DNA from: Carcharhinus longimanus | Taxonomy: Eukaryota | Direction of reading: 5' to 3' | Length of the DNA: 64,000 nucleotides | NCBI GenBank assembly: GCA_030264375.1 | Contig: JASCQW010000098.1 | Coordinates: 63,890,362 to 63,954,361 of the forward strand | In this document: positions 1 to 12,781 of the stretch, piece by piece | How the letters are laid out: every line of letters starts with the position of its first letter | Position numbering within the stretch: position 1 is the first letter of the stretch | Program-made: the position numbers and the translations under genes | Notes under the pieces: model-generated | Seen by the model: only the letters and a program-made list of their open reading frames with translations | The model's database searches: none | Told to the model about the DNA's origin: nothing

Positions 1-39
1 CCGCCCGCGGGGGGAGAAGTGGAGAGAATTCGCACGCCG

Positions 40-637
40 GGGCTGGATTTAATCTTGGAGGTGGAGGCCCAGCTCCTCCCAGATAAAATATTGGGGGCAA
101 ACCCATCTCCCCAGGGCCAGAAACATCTGACCTGCTGGGAACAATGGCCAATGCTAGGACTGCAGCCAGTCCCACATGAGGAGCAATGATGGCGGACAGG
201 CTACAAGATAAGTGGAGTGGTTTCGTGGGGTCAACCAGACAGGCCTGAAAATGGCTGGGAGGAAGTGGGGATGACAGGGAGACCTAGTGGAGATTAGGGG
301 AAAACAATCAGGGGTGATCATGGCTGGGCATAGAGTGCCTGAGCAGGAGAGACTTACTCCCAAATTTACAGCCAATCTGCCACATGGTGTGGTCAATGCC
401 AGTAAAATATAACCGGTAGCAGGAGGAGACCCTGGAGTGGTTATTAACTGGCTATTCAAGGGCCTCACTTTGTTCAAGGCCATGTTAGCCACATGACACA
501 TATCCCACTATTGATAAACGCCAGCTGAAGTGGGTAGGTGGCAGGGATGATGCCCCCTGCCCGGTAACCTGATTTTACACTCTGCCTGCCAGTTGGTTTC
601 TGGTGGGGATGAGAGGTGTACAGATAAAATTCCAGCC
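40..637. mobile_element. Non-autonomous DNA transposon (MITE), probably Harbinger/PIF-like
   Basis: Imperfect terminal inverted repeats GGCTGGATTTAATCT (41) and AGATAAAATTCCAGCC (to 637); GC-richer interior; the same TIR type recurs at 39942-40078 and near 53360. Confidence 0.55.
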
Positions 638-1539
638 TGTGACCCCTTGCAGGATGCGTGAATCCAAGATTGAAGCGAGTTTGAACTCCTTTGTTTAGCT
701 CATTGATACTCACTGTCTTGGCCCATACGTGAAGAATATCTATTTGGAGTGACTTCAGTCTCCATCCGGTAGCACTCAAACATGAGCAAGTGACTTGAGG
801 AGAGGACAAGAGAAACTTGAAGGGGGGGGGGGGTGAAAATAGTTCAGAAAAAACCTAGTGGAATCTCAATGATCCAAACTTCCATTATCCATCGTAGAAA
901 TCAGAATTTAATTCTGCTTAAACTAACTCAACTACAACTGAACATTTTTAATTCATCCTTTGCCAGCTGTTCATCCAGGAGATAATCCAAGTATTTATTA
1001 CTGAGCAGAACTTTATGTCTGGTCAGTTTCGCCATTTGGGCCAGGGATCAGACTGGCAGTAGTTTTCCCTAAGAATGTATCTCATTTTTTTTTCACAATT
1101 AGATTTTCTTTACAAAATTGGAACATCCTGAGAGTTTGCTTCTTCCAGGTGAAGTAGAAAATTGTTCAACACTGATTCCCATTTTGTACTGCATTAGAAT
1201 GCACTGTCACTTTTTTTTATATTTAAGTTCAGCTTGATGAAGCTGATGGCTTTAGCATATTGTCCGAGGCACTAGCGGTACATGTTGAGGCCATATTTCC
1301 AGGTCAGGCCGTGTCAGTTTGTACAGATTTGGCATGACGAAAGGCCTGGCCGAATACCCTGGAACGAGATCAGTAAAAGCTGCTGATGACCCTTGGCAGC
1401 CAGAGATTATTATTTGATAATCATCTCTCTTAATTGTTTGCATATCAAAACTGAATTCCATTTGAAAGTTAGGGATAGTGAGTGCTAATAAGATAATTTT
1501 GGTCCCTAGGAGAAGAGGAGGAGTCATATGGACTCAAAG

Positions 1540-1712
1540 TGTTAACTGTTTTTCTCCACCACAGCTCCCTCATAGAAACCTGGGTTCAATTCTAGCCTTG
1601 GGTTACTGTTGGAATTTGCATGTTCTTCCCATGCCTGTGTGGGTTTCCTCCAGGTGTTCCAGTTTTCTCCCGAAGATGAGTATGTTAGGTGGATTAACCA
1701 TGCTGAATGTGC
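1540..1712 (+). mobile_element. Degenerate HE1-type tRNA-derived SINE fragment
   Basis: B-box-like GGTTCAATTC followed by the core GTGGGTTTCCTCCAGGTGTTCCAGTTTTCTCCC and GTTAGGTGGATT, shared with the copies at 5574, 15703 and 38678. Confidence 0.8.
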
Positions 1713-2329
1713 AAAGCACTTCAAACAATGTTCAGTTGGTGTGAAATGTCACACATCACTTAGTGATTGTCAATCATTTTGCGCACACTCAAGATTCAGG
1801 GCTCAATTTTAAACGTTACTTGCCCGGCAGTTAAAATCGTCAAAGTGCCATCTAAACTGACCATCATCAAGTTTAACTTATTTTGGAGAGTGGATTTGTA
1901 AAAGGACCTAAAACATGATGGAACAAATGAGTTTCAGTTTAGATCTCAGATTGTACTAGATATGCAAATTCTCTACCCTGCTGCAGAGTGAAAAATCTCC
2001 CATCACACATTATTTATTCCCACATCTGCTTGGCATACAGCTGCGTGTTTCTCACCTGAACATTCACATCAAGTTGATGTGAATCAGTTTTAGTAAGTTA
2101 ATTCTGATCTGTCAGTAAGTTCATGATGATGATAGATCCGTTAAGTAACTCAAAACGGAATGATATTCATTATCCTGTACAAATGTCATGTGGAGCTGAG
2201 ACTTTGCAGCCTCAGAATTAATGTTAATGTTAAGAGCAGAATATTAATAGGCTATTCCTCTGTCGTATCTGATGGGAGATATTGATCCATTTATAATAAA
2301 AATCTTCTGTTTTGGGTAGTTCCTCAGGT

Positions 2330-2785
2330 TCAAGGCTGACTTGCTTGCATTCCAATTTGATGGATTCTAAGATGCATCATCTTGGATCATCTTAAGATAT
2401 ACCATACGGGATCTGCAGACTCTGCCATGAGGGGCAGATGCTGCTTAAAGGGTTGTATTGATGTGTTTCTTAGAGGTTTGAGCTTTGAGGTCCAACTCCT
2501 CAAATTTTCCTCTGCACGTTCCCGATGAAGTCTTTGATGTGCTTGGTGCCTTCTGAATGAATATTTTGGTCAGTCAAATGCAAGAGTTGATGGGTATGTT
2601 TGACCTTTTTCTGATGCTTTGTGGACTTCACTAACATGTCTCCTAGGAGTCTCCTGTTGACTGCGTTCCTGATAGAGCAGCTGCTTTGGGAGTCTGGTGT
2701 CAGGCATTTGAACAACATGTCCTGTCTAGCGGAGCTGGTTTTAGTGATTAGCAGCATGATACTGAGCAAGTTGGCTTGCATAGGG
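2330..2785 (-). mobile_element. RTE-clade LINE fragment (RT C-terminal region), decayed
   Basis: Frameshifted minus-strand translation resembles the RTE motifs ANxxSI..LIT.NQLR..GHV..MPDTRLPKQLLY.E. Confidence 0.65.
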
Positions 2786-3139
2786 GAAAGAACATGAAAA
2801 GTATAGAAGTCATTTTAGTCACATGGCAAGATTCCTCAAATGACACTGTGATGAATGAAAACGATCTGTTTTTTTGTTAGCTGGATATTTGAGAACTTCT
2901 TGTTCTTATCTCACATAGAGCATGTGCAGTTGGAGGTGATGTTAGTTCAGTGTTGGCCCTAATATACGGTGAAAAAAAGGATAATCCATTCAGACCTGCC
3001 TGATTATTCTTTCCCATGATTCTCTGCTCCTCACTTTGCCTAGCTACCAAAATCCAATTTTACCCTCAATCACTTTTAACTACCCCAGCTACTTTGTGGT
3101 CCTCCTCTGTCCACAACTTGCCCTTGTAATTTTCTGTTT

Positions 3140-3715
3140 AGGAACATGGGAGAAGCAGTGGATCATTTTGCCCTTTGAGCCTGCTTCACCATTCAATAAA
3201 ATCATGCTTGATCTGGTTTGGTCTCAATCCACTTTACTGTTTGCCCCTCATAACCCTTGCAAAAGTCGATCTAACTCAGCCTTGTATAAATTTAAAGACT
3301 CAGCTGTCACTACCTCTTTGGGAAGTGAATTCCATGTGCTAATGACCCTCTGAGTGAAAGAGTTTCTCTTTATCTCTATCTTAAAAGGGAGAACTCCTTA
3401 TTCTTAAAATTATGTCTCTGTGTGAGTTCCAGTTTCCCCGATAAGAGGTAACATCCTATCGGCATCCACCTTATCCAGTTCTCTCAGGATCTTGTATGGT
3501 TCAATGAGATCATCTATCATTCTCATCACCCCCAGTGGGTATAGGCGTAACCTGTTCAATCTTTCTACATAAGATTAGCCTTTCATTCCAGGAATGAGTT
3601 GTGTTTACCTTCTCTGAACTGCTTTGGAAGCAATTATATCCTTTTTTCAAATAGAGATCAAAACTGTGCACAGTACTCCCTAAATGTGGTCTCACTAAGA
3701 CTCTGTGCAGCTGTA
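3140..3715 (-). mobile_element. CR1 LINE 3' fragment
   Basis: Minus strand gives a decayed VRPHLEYCAQFW..YLKKDI..VQRR.TRLIPGMKG RT C-terminus, plus a CR1 3' UTR (GCCCTTTGAGCCTGCTTCACCATTCAATAAAATCATG on +). Confidence 0.85.
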
Positions 3716-4104
3716 CATTTTAAAAATGCTTCTGTCTGCTTTTTACCTCCCTGTGTTCACAATCCAAGAACAGGGTTTATGTCAGACAATCCCTGCTGAT
3801 TGCCCTGGACAAGGGCCGTCCCTGTACATTGGCTGTGAAGTGTTTTCTGAGACAGGCTAACAAATTGCTTATCCTTCACGATCTTTAAGGAGAGAACTTC
3901 AAAGCTTCACTTATTTGCATTTATACTACCTTTCATCTCAATGCCTTTCGTGAACATGTGGATGTATATACTTAGCTCTACAACACAATCTTAAAACATC
4001 TCTCTTCATTTCCAATCCTCACAGTGCAGCAAAAAACTCAAATCTTTTTCACAGTGCCATTTAAAAAAAAGTCTTGCCATTGAATACATCTTTTTTCATG
4101 GTCA

Positions 4105-4485
4105 ACAGCTGTCCCAAAGTGCTTTCCAACCAATGGCGAACTTTTGCAGCATAGTTATTGCTATAATGTAAGAAACATGGCAACCAATTTGCAACAGCAA
4201 GCTCTCACAAATTGCAAAGTGATAAGGACCAGATAATCAATTTTTGTGATGTTAATTGAGGGGTAAATATTGGACAGAAGAATGGGGATAACTCCCCTAC
4301 TCTTCTTCGAATGGAATCATTTGTGCCCACCTGAATTGACAGACAGAGATTTGGTTTAGTGATAGACGTCACCTCTGACAATACAGCACTTCCTCAGTAC
4401 TGCACTTGAGTATCAGCTAGATATTTTGCGCTCAAGTTCGAGTGGATTTCAACCTACATCCTTGAGGACTGTGCTACTAATTAAT
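4105..4485 (-). mobile_element. Deu-domain SINE (SacSINE1/AmnSINE1-like), near full length
   Basis: Recognisable blocks: GTCCCAAAGTGCTTT..CCAAT, GACCAGATAATC, TAAATATTGG, ACTCCCCTACTCTTCTTCGAA and CACCTCTGACAATACAGCACTTCCTCAGTACTGCACT. Confidence 0.75.
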
Positions 4486-4649
4486 TGTACTCAAATCGAA
4501 TGCTGCCTTGAGGGCAGTTATTCTCACTGTTCTGAAGTGTTAAGTAGTTTGCAGGCACAAGTTTGGGTGCCTTCATTGGTTCGCCAGTCAAAGCTCCATA
4601 AAAATCAGGGGAAAGCTTGCACTCCAAACTAGCTGATCATGCATTCAAA

Positions 4650-6325
4650 GAGGCCTGTTGTTGGCAGTCTTACTCTCAATCATCAGCAAAGTGATGGATA
4701 GTGTCATTGGCAGGGCTACCTACTTAACAATAATCTGCTTACTGATGCTGAGTTTGGCTTCTGCTGGGACTATTCGGCTCCAAACTTCATAACAGTCTTG
4801 GTCCAAACATGGACAGAAGAGCATAAGTCCTGAGGGGAGGGTGACTTCCCTTGACATTAAGGCAGCATTTGACTGAGTGTGGCATCAAGGAGATCTAGAA
4901 AGTTGGAGTCAGTGGGAATCCAGGGAGAATTCTCCATTTGTTGGAGATCTGGCATGAAGGAAGATGCTTGCAATTATTGGAGGTCAATCATCTCAATATA
5001 GGACATTGCTGCAGGAATTCATTAGGGTAGTGTCACAGACACAACCATCTTCAGTTGCTTCATCAATAAACTTGCCTCCATTATAAGCTCAGAAGTTTGG
5101 ATGTATGTTGATCATTGCAAAGTATTCAATTCCATTAATAATTCCTCAGATAATAAAGCAGTACTGATTAGTGTGCAACAAGACCTGAATAATATTTGGA
5201 TAAATTAGTGGTTCTCACTGTACAAGTGCCAGGTACTGACTGTCTCCGACAAGATAGTGTTTAACCACCACTCCAACTTTCAGCAAGATTATCATAATTC
5301 AAACCCTACCAGCAACATCCTAGGGGTTACCATTGAACAGAAACAGTATGGAACCAGCCGTATAAATACTGTGGCTACAAGAGCAGATCAGAAGCTGGGA
5401 GTTCTGTAGTGAGTAACTTAGACTCACCAAAATCTTCCACTATCTATAAGGTTCAAGTCAGGAGCGTGATGGAATACTCTTCACTTTGATAAGTGTGGCT
5501 CCAAGGACACTCAAGGAACTTAAAATTATCCAGGACAATGTCATTTGTTGGAGATCAGGTGTTTGACCTGAGCTGCATGGTGGCACAGTGGTTGGTACTG
5601 CTGCCTCACAATGCCAGGGACCCGGGTTCAATTCCGACCTCGGGTCACTGTCTATGTGGAGTTTGCATACTCTCCCCGTGTCTGCATCTCCGGTTTCCTC
5701 CCACAATCCAAAGATGTGCGGATTAGGTTGATTGGCCATGTTCAGTTAATGCTAGTGTCGGGGGAATAGCAGGGTAAATGTGAGGGGTTATGGGAATAGG
5801 GCCTGGGTGGAATTGTGGTCAATGTAGGCTCAGTGGACAGAATAGCCTCCTTCTGCACTGGAGGGGTTCTATGATTCGATGACAAAGCAGCTTGCTTGAT
5901 TGGCAGCCCATGCACCATTTAAAACATTCATGCTCTTCAGCGATGCACAGTGATTAGCGTATGTACCATCTACAATATATGCTGCAACAACTTGCCATGG
6001 CTTCTTCACCAGCACCTCCCAAATCAATAGTCTCGATCATCTCAAAGGACAAAGGCAACAAATGCATGGGGACATCACCACCTGCAAATTCCCCTTGAAG
6101 TCACACCTCAACCTTGAATTGCAAATATATCCCCATTCCTTCATCATAGGTGGGTCAAAAACCTGGACCTCCGGAACAGCTTTCTGAATGGGTGTTCCTA
6201 CACCACGTAGACTGCAGTGGTTCATAATGGCAACTCACCACCACCTTCTCAAGGGCAATTAGAGATGAGCAATGAATGCTGGCTTTGCAGTGATGTTTCT
6301 ATCCCATGAACAAATAAAGGAAAAA
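4650..6325 (+). mobile_element. CR1-superclade LINE, RT through 3' UTR, split by a SINE
   Basis: Decayed RT motifs LDIKAAFD.VWHQG (about 4850), G.PQGSV.GP-like (about 5015) and MYVDHC for FADDC (about 5101); 3' tail AAGGGCAATTAGAGATGAGCAATGAATGCTGG...ATCCCATGAA; many stops and frameshifts. Confidence 0.85.
5574..5880 (+). mobile_element. HE1 SINE, full length, with CR1-type tail
   Basis: A box TGGCACAGTGG, B box GGTTCAATTCC, central GTTTCCTCCCACA..CCAAAGATGTGCGGATTAGG and tail GCCTCCTTCTGCACTG...TTCTATGATTC. Confidence 0.9.
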
Positions 6326-8351
6326 GCCAAGCAGTTTCAGGCAGTAGGTTCCTATGATGCAATAGGATGCAGTTGAAATTATTTTTTGTGAGACCAGGAG
6401 GAGGAGTATCAGTCTTCCTCTGGGTTATACTAACATTCTCTTGCTGCTCTCAAGCCAGAATCACATCTCCCCCATTCTGCAGTAGCATTCTGATGGATCT
6501 CCCTTGCTTCCTGCTGGGTCATCTTTCAGGTTGTGCAATATTGCATTGGTTCGGAGCTGATAAGCTGCAACTAGTGCCTGATTGGTTGCCAAAGCCTGCT
6601 AGTGGTATGCTGCACCAGTGCCGAGTGTAATTTGTGAGATGGTGCATGTTACTATTTAAATAGTTAAGTAGATTGAAAATGCAGCCTGTGGTATTGGAAA
6701 TTAGCAAGGAATGCTGCAGTGCCTTGGCTGCTACAATAACTCATTAGCTAACATTGCCTCTAAGCTTTGACATTGTCCTGATATTTTGAATGACAGCTAG
6801 AGATTCCTGGAATGTTGTCATTGTCATCCCCAAGACTTCCTAACTTGTCTGTTCATAACCAGTTGCAGAGTGGCAAGAGTGTTGTTGGCCCTAAATGACA
6901 CTGCTTGTTTTGTCCCAATCATTTCTGAAATGATCAGCCATCTGTTTAATCAAAGTCCCTTTTAAATACCCAAATTAAAATGATGGCAGAATCCCAAAGA
7001 TTTCAATTTATGCACACCAACAATCTGTCAAATAAAAATTTAAATTAAGTCACTGTTAAATGTTTCAAGCAGTTTAGCCCTTTTGTTGCTCTTTCTACTA
7101 TTTGGCAGATGGGGAAAGAAATGGATGGGGGTTGAGCAGCTTATTTTGATGTTCGGGCCCACCTTCAACCAGACAATTTTCCAGGTAGTGTGTATTACAT
7201 AGACAAATATGTCAAGCTGATATTGTATTGCAGGGTGGCAGGGGAGATCTAGATTTACTGTTTAATGAAAAACAACAAATCAATATAATTTGCATTTTTG
7301 AATGCTCTTGTTTTACTCAGAAATACTCTTCCTTGACTGCATTGGAATTATGGACAGATCAATTTGAAATTAATAGGAGAGTTCATGTATAGTGAATCTA
7401 GTCTGCAGGCAGCAGGATTTCTATTGCAGCTGATAAATACAGTAGAGTGAAGTTGTAAGATTTAAAAGTGCACGACCTTGTCCTTCCAGAAGAAACTAAT
7501 GCAGCCAAATGCTGCTGCAGTGAATATCCTAAACTCTGATCCATTTGTACAGATGCCATTGAATGGATTGAGTCTGCTGCTGTTTTACAAGAAACATCAT
7601 GTTCAATAAACTTACTGGGTGAATTTTCATCTAGCTGTGTGGTGATAAAATCCTGCTGCTGAGTCCGTTTGGAGCAGCTCTCATTGTAACCTCACAGTAT
7701 TCTCAATCAGCATTCATGTGTTTGATGCTGAATGTCAGATGTTCAGACTCTCGCATGCCTTTAAGCAGATACTCTGGCAGATGATGAATTCCAGGATTGT
7801 GCTCTCCAAAATGCTGGAAAAGTGACTGCAGACAGACAGTTGTTATAAAGCTACACTTTTCTCAGACTCTTTATGACTTGTGATGCTGATTATGCCATGT
7901 ATACACCAGTTCGATCATGGTTCATAACTTAGCGTAAAAAAATTAAACCAGAACAGAGATGTGACTGATACTGCAATGGTTGAATATCAGACAATCCTCA
8001 CTGAGCCCAGATTAAAACTTGACAAGTCTAGTTAATGTTTTCATGTGTTTTTATAAAGGCAATTCCTCTACACAGCAGATACAATATCATGAGCAAGACA
8101 ACCAATGGATGGCTTGCTCCCAGCAAACATATCACCACTATTCAAAAGGAGAGAGGGAGGAATTGGGAAGTATGGGTCTGATTGATTCTTGTAGCCATTA
8201 TGGCAGAAGGAGGCCATTTGGCTCATCACATTACTTCACAGAGAATCAATCCAGTCAGACATCGTATGAGTCCCAGTGCAGAAAGAGACCTGAATCCATT
8301 GGGAAAAATGCATTATCAAAGAAGTGGCAACATTGGAAAATTGAAAAAAGT

Positions 8352-9072
8352 GGGCACTTGGAAAATAATATGATTGGACAGAGTCAACATGGTTTTATGA
8401 AAGGGGAATTATTCTTCAGGCCATCTGCTATGGCCATGATATTATTATGTTACAGTTTTTCTTTGAGGATGTAACTAGAAGGGTAAACATTGGATGTAGG
8501 TTGTTTGGATTTTCAAGAAGCATTCAGTAAGATCCCACAAGAAAGTGTGTTGTACAAGATAAGGGCTCACGAGTTTGGTGATAATAAATTAGCATGGCTA
8601 AAGTATTAAAGAACAGAATGCAAAGAGTAGAAATAAATAGGACATTTTCAGATGTCCAGGCTTTTACTAGTGGTTGCTGCAAGGATGGGTGCTGAAGTCT
8701 CAGTTATTGACAATCTATCTTAATGATTTAGAATGATAAAGAGACCAAGTGATTTGTGATTTCAGGAAGGAATTAGTTACAGCTCTTGGGGCTAAAGAGA
8801 TCAAGGGGTCTAGAGGGGTGAAGGCAGAGTCGGAGTATTGAATTTGATGATCAGCCATGATAATGAATGGTGGAGCATGCTTGAAGGGACAAATGACCTA
8901 CTCCTGCTTCTACTTTCTATGCATGTATCTATACATGTGCAATATTGCTGATGATCCAAAACTCAGTAGAACAGAAAGTTGAGGATGACAATAATTCTGC
9001 AGAGAAATTTAGGTAGTTAAGTGAGTGGTCAAGAAGCTGACAGATGGAATATCATATTGGGAAACCTGAGTC
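8352..9072 (+). mobile_element. CR1 RT fragment (interrupted by a second CR1 3' end)
   Basis: HLENNMIGQSQHGFMKG, F.EDVT, DV.CLDFQEAFSKIP and IADDPKL, which are CR1 RT motifs. Confidence 0.85.
8752..8930 (+). mobile_element. CR1 3' end nested within the CR1 RT fragment
   Basis: GCTCTTGGGGCTAAAGAGATCAAGGG...GATCAGCCATGATAATGAATGGTGGAGCA...CCTACTCCTGCTTCTACTTTCTATG; same subfamily as 39165-39515. Confidence 0.85.
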
Positions 9073-9293
9073 TAAAAATCCTCAGAGGCTCAGGTCACCA
9101 CTGACCTAGAAGAAAAGTACCTGCAAAAGATCCAACAATCTTCATGCCATGATTTTCCTCTTCCCAGGCAGCAGTTTAAATCTGGCAAGGGTCAGGCAGA
9201 TGTCTTGGTGAGCAACAGACATTATATCAGTAATCAGCTAATCACATTGAGATATTCATATGGAGCAAACATGCAAGTTTAAAAGCACATAAT

Positions 9294-9980
9294 AGGCAGA
9301 ATTTTCACCAAAAAATCCTAAGTATCACAAAAGTCTGAAAACCGAAGTGTTTTGTCCCCATTTTTTTTCAGTGAGTTACCCCACACAATTTTCCCATGCT
9401 CTATTTGACAGTCGGGAGTTTCATTCCAGTACAGGAAGCAGAGCCTAAGCTCACATGTTTACGTAGTATATGGGAGATCAGTTAACCGCTTGCCCCCCTG
9501 GACATTGGTGCCCCACCCCCCCGCTCCACGGATAGCCCTCGGCCACCGACGCCCCTCTGCTCACTGTGTTCCCCCNNNNNNNNNNNNNNNNNNNNNNNNN
9601 NNNNNNNNNNNNNNNNNNNNNNNNNNNNNNNNNNNNNNNNNNNNNNNNNNNNNNNNNNNNNNNNNNNNNNNNNNNCCCAATCATTGCCACCCCCCTCTCC
9701 CCCCACTGAACATCCCCTCTCACTGATCGCTGGCTCTGCCACACCACCAGCCCCTACATCCCGATACAGAGTTCCCTCCTGTCGTCCCCTCCAACAAACC
9801 TCAACCCCGCCCCTTTGACACTGTCCAGTGCTTGGTAGGCAGTGCCAGCATGCCTGGTGGGCAGTGCGTGGGACGCAAGGCTGATTATGTCAGTAAAAAT
9901 GATCGGGGAGGATCGCAATTTTCTTTTTTAGCTTCCTGCTAAAATTTCCCACCCCACTATGCTACTCGACAAACATAGCA
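9294..9980. mobile_element. MITE-like DNA transposon spanning an N gap
   Basis: TIR-like ends AGGCAGAATTTTC and GAAAGATTGCACCT; GC/CpG-rich, C-tract interior typical of these elements. Confidence 0.45.
9576..9675. other. Assembly gap (others at 14592-14601, 21052-21151, 25016-25272, 28400-28499, 35508-35607, 37647-38523, 50412-50952)
   Basis: Runs of N; the long X-filled ORFs in the track are artefacts of these gaps. Confidence 0.99.
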
Positions 9981-12649
9981 GGGTAGAAAGATTGCACCTA
10001 ATATCCTTAACATTTAAATTAAATTTCACAGTATGGAAAGAAATTATAGTTGGATTAAAATAAAAGTTCAAATAAAGAGAATTGAAATGTGTGGATTTAT
10101 ATCATTTTATAGAAATGTGATATCAACCAATATAAAATTTAGCTTTCAGGCCAGTGAGTATATTTAGCAATAATTATGAAACTTAAAACCATCAATTTAA
10201 CAAGGGGTTTTTACCTGTAACAGGCCATTATCGTAACTGTGATTATGAGATCAATTCTGCCATCTTTATTCACAGGTTCATGCTGGTTGTTGAATGTTGA
10301 AGATAGCTGTTCATTAGGATTAAAGCTCAGGATATGGGGAAGCTGTTTACCATTTTCTACAACATCACTGGATTTATAAATTATTCAATAATTGTGCCTG
10401 AAGCAACAGTGAGTGTATAGTGGAGGCCAAGTGATTCTGCTGGGGGATTAATGTTTACATAGACCTAGATTTATGTTGCTGGCTGGAATCTGGAGCACAT
10501 TGTGACACTAGAAGAATTTTTAAAAACAGGTGATAACTTAGTTTTAGCACTTTTACTGTCAATGATCAATTTCCAGCCAACGATTGTCATGTTAGTTAAC
10601 AGTATCTACTTAAAATTCAACTATTGGTAAATGACCTCAGACTCCCACAGCATTGGGTACACTAATTGCCAAGTTGCCAATTTTTAAACCCATTTTAAAT
10701 AATATGTACATGGATTCATTTTTAAATAAGTTTTAGTTTGATTAAAAACACAAACTTGAATAAAAATAATATTGTGGATACAGCAGAGCAGACAGTGTTT
10801 GATTTCAGTTCATCAGTGACTGAGCTGCCTCCCTTCAGGCTATTTGTGCTGCTAATCAATAACGCCTTTCATTTGTTAATTGCTAAGCTTGTTTTCTATA
10901 AATTCTGTTCAGAAATAAGAAAACCCAGAACCAAAATCTTTTTCTAGGTCCCTGTCCCCATTCTCTCTCTCCTTCCCCCCCCTCCCTCTGATATACTGAA
11001 TGACTAGCCCCTGGGAATTAACAAGCATCCAACACCTAAGTGACCTTTGTTCACATGAACCCCATTAGCGAAGGGCAGATTTTCTGATCAGAGATCGGAC
11101 TGAAAGTGGGGCAATATAATAGAGGAACTCACAAGAAGCATAATGCGCTAACCTGGAATTTCAGCTTGGAAATCAACTGAATATTTAGAGAACAGAATCC
11201 TTTCTGATTCATGTAAATATATTCTTATGCAGTGCAGTAACGCAAGGTGAGGTGTTGCAATCTTTAATCCCCATGACTTTTGAAGACATCTTCATTTGGC
11301 AAAACTGCATGTACATCTTGGATATTGCCAAGTGTCTGTGGGGATGCCGAGAAGAATAATGATAAGTTAGTTATTCAAGGGAAAAAGACATGCTCCATTA
11401 ACTTCTTACATTTACGTAGCACAGCTTAACAAATGTGGGTGATGTTTCTGATGACAGCTTTGATAAAAGGCATACCAATTTAGGATGCAATGTGACGTCT
11501 CCTACAAGTCACTTCGCAGGATGTGACACAATCCTGTCTCCTTATGAATCACGGTATGCTCAAACATTGATACACTAACTGTCCTAAGTAGATATAACAG
11601 TGCCGATGGTTTAGTATAGAGCACCATAACTTGACTCCTTTATGACCCTCTATCGATCATCCTATTCTCCATCAATAACACAAGCACAGGAGAATTCACA
11701 TGGGGAAACCATTGTACAACCATTAATTCCACTGGGACAAAAATGGCATTGATCCAATGGTTGCTGCAAAGGTACCTGGACAGCTAACTGACGAGAACAA
11801 ATATGAACAATGATATATAATAAAATGTAACATGATGAGTAAAACCTCCTCAAAGTCTTCAGAAAAGTTACTTTATTATTCGACCAGCAACTGACGTTCT
11901 AACAAATCTGAATGCTTATTTTGTCATAGATAAGGAAACCGTTAAATTCTTGTGGAATCACTACCAAATTGTCTGAAGGTCAGTAATATGTTATTAGAAT
12001 TTCCTTATTGAAAGAGTGGAACCCCATTAATACTGGAAGAAAGTATCTCCAGAAACATGAATGAATATCAAATGAATTGAGAACCGATGCAAGTCTCCCA
12101 ATCTAATTTCCAATGTACTAAGTTTTTTTTTGAAGAATTTGGGAATGAGTATTAGCAGCTTTTTTGACCAATAGGCAACACTGCCAGGCCAATCCAGCCT
12201 TTACCTGACATTTGCTCATACTTGCTTCCCAGCACTCAGCGTAGAGTAGGAACTGTGGCAATGGACAAGCCTATTCTTGGGTCACAAAGGGCAGTTGGAG
12301 CATTCCTGCCGCCAGCTGTTCTTGTTTAAATTATTGTACTTATTTTGGCCAACATTGTGAATCTTACCATTTATTTGCATGCCTTGACAGTCGTCCCTTT
12401 ATTACAGGAATCAAAACACGAAAGCCTGGGTCAGTCTTAACAGTCAATGCTGCCTCATAAAAGCTGTTACTCAGCTGTGTTTGAATTTCTCCTTCTTTAA
12501 CTACCAATTCAACATGTCAACAAAATAACCAAAGTCACAGCAAGACCCTTGTGGTTCTAATGAACATTCCTGCATGTCTTACTTGGAGAAGATTTGCTGA
12601 GTTCTTTCATCTGCCAGGGATTCTGATTCCAATGTAACATATGCCATCA

Positions 12650-12781
12650 GCTGGACTGTCTGACCTCACCCCAGCTGGGATTCTCAGGTCCCACTGCTGT
12701 GAATCAAGATTCGGCTAAGTGTTAAATTCTCCGTTCTCACTGGCAGCAGCGGCAGGCATGAGCGGTGGAGAATTCTGGCCC
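12650..12781. mobile_element. Short MITE, reverse copy of the 39942-40078 family
   Basis: Ends in GGAGAATTCTGGCCC; interior GGGATTCTCAGGTCCC..GTGAATCAAGATTCGGCTAAGTG matches the reverse complement of 40000-40050. Confidence 0.6.

Noticed and set aside
5574-5650. tRNA gene
   Set aside because: The A and B boxes belong to the SINE head and continue into the SINE body; there is no full cloverleaf.
8019-8474. 151-aa ORF as a host gene
   Set aside because: It is a chance read-through into CR1 RT sequence (QSQHGFMKG).
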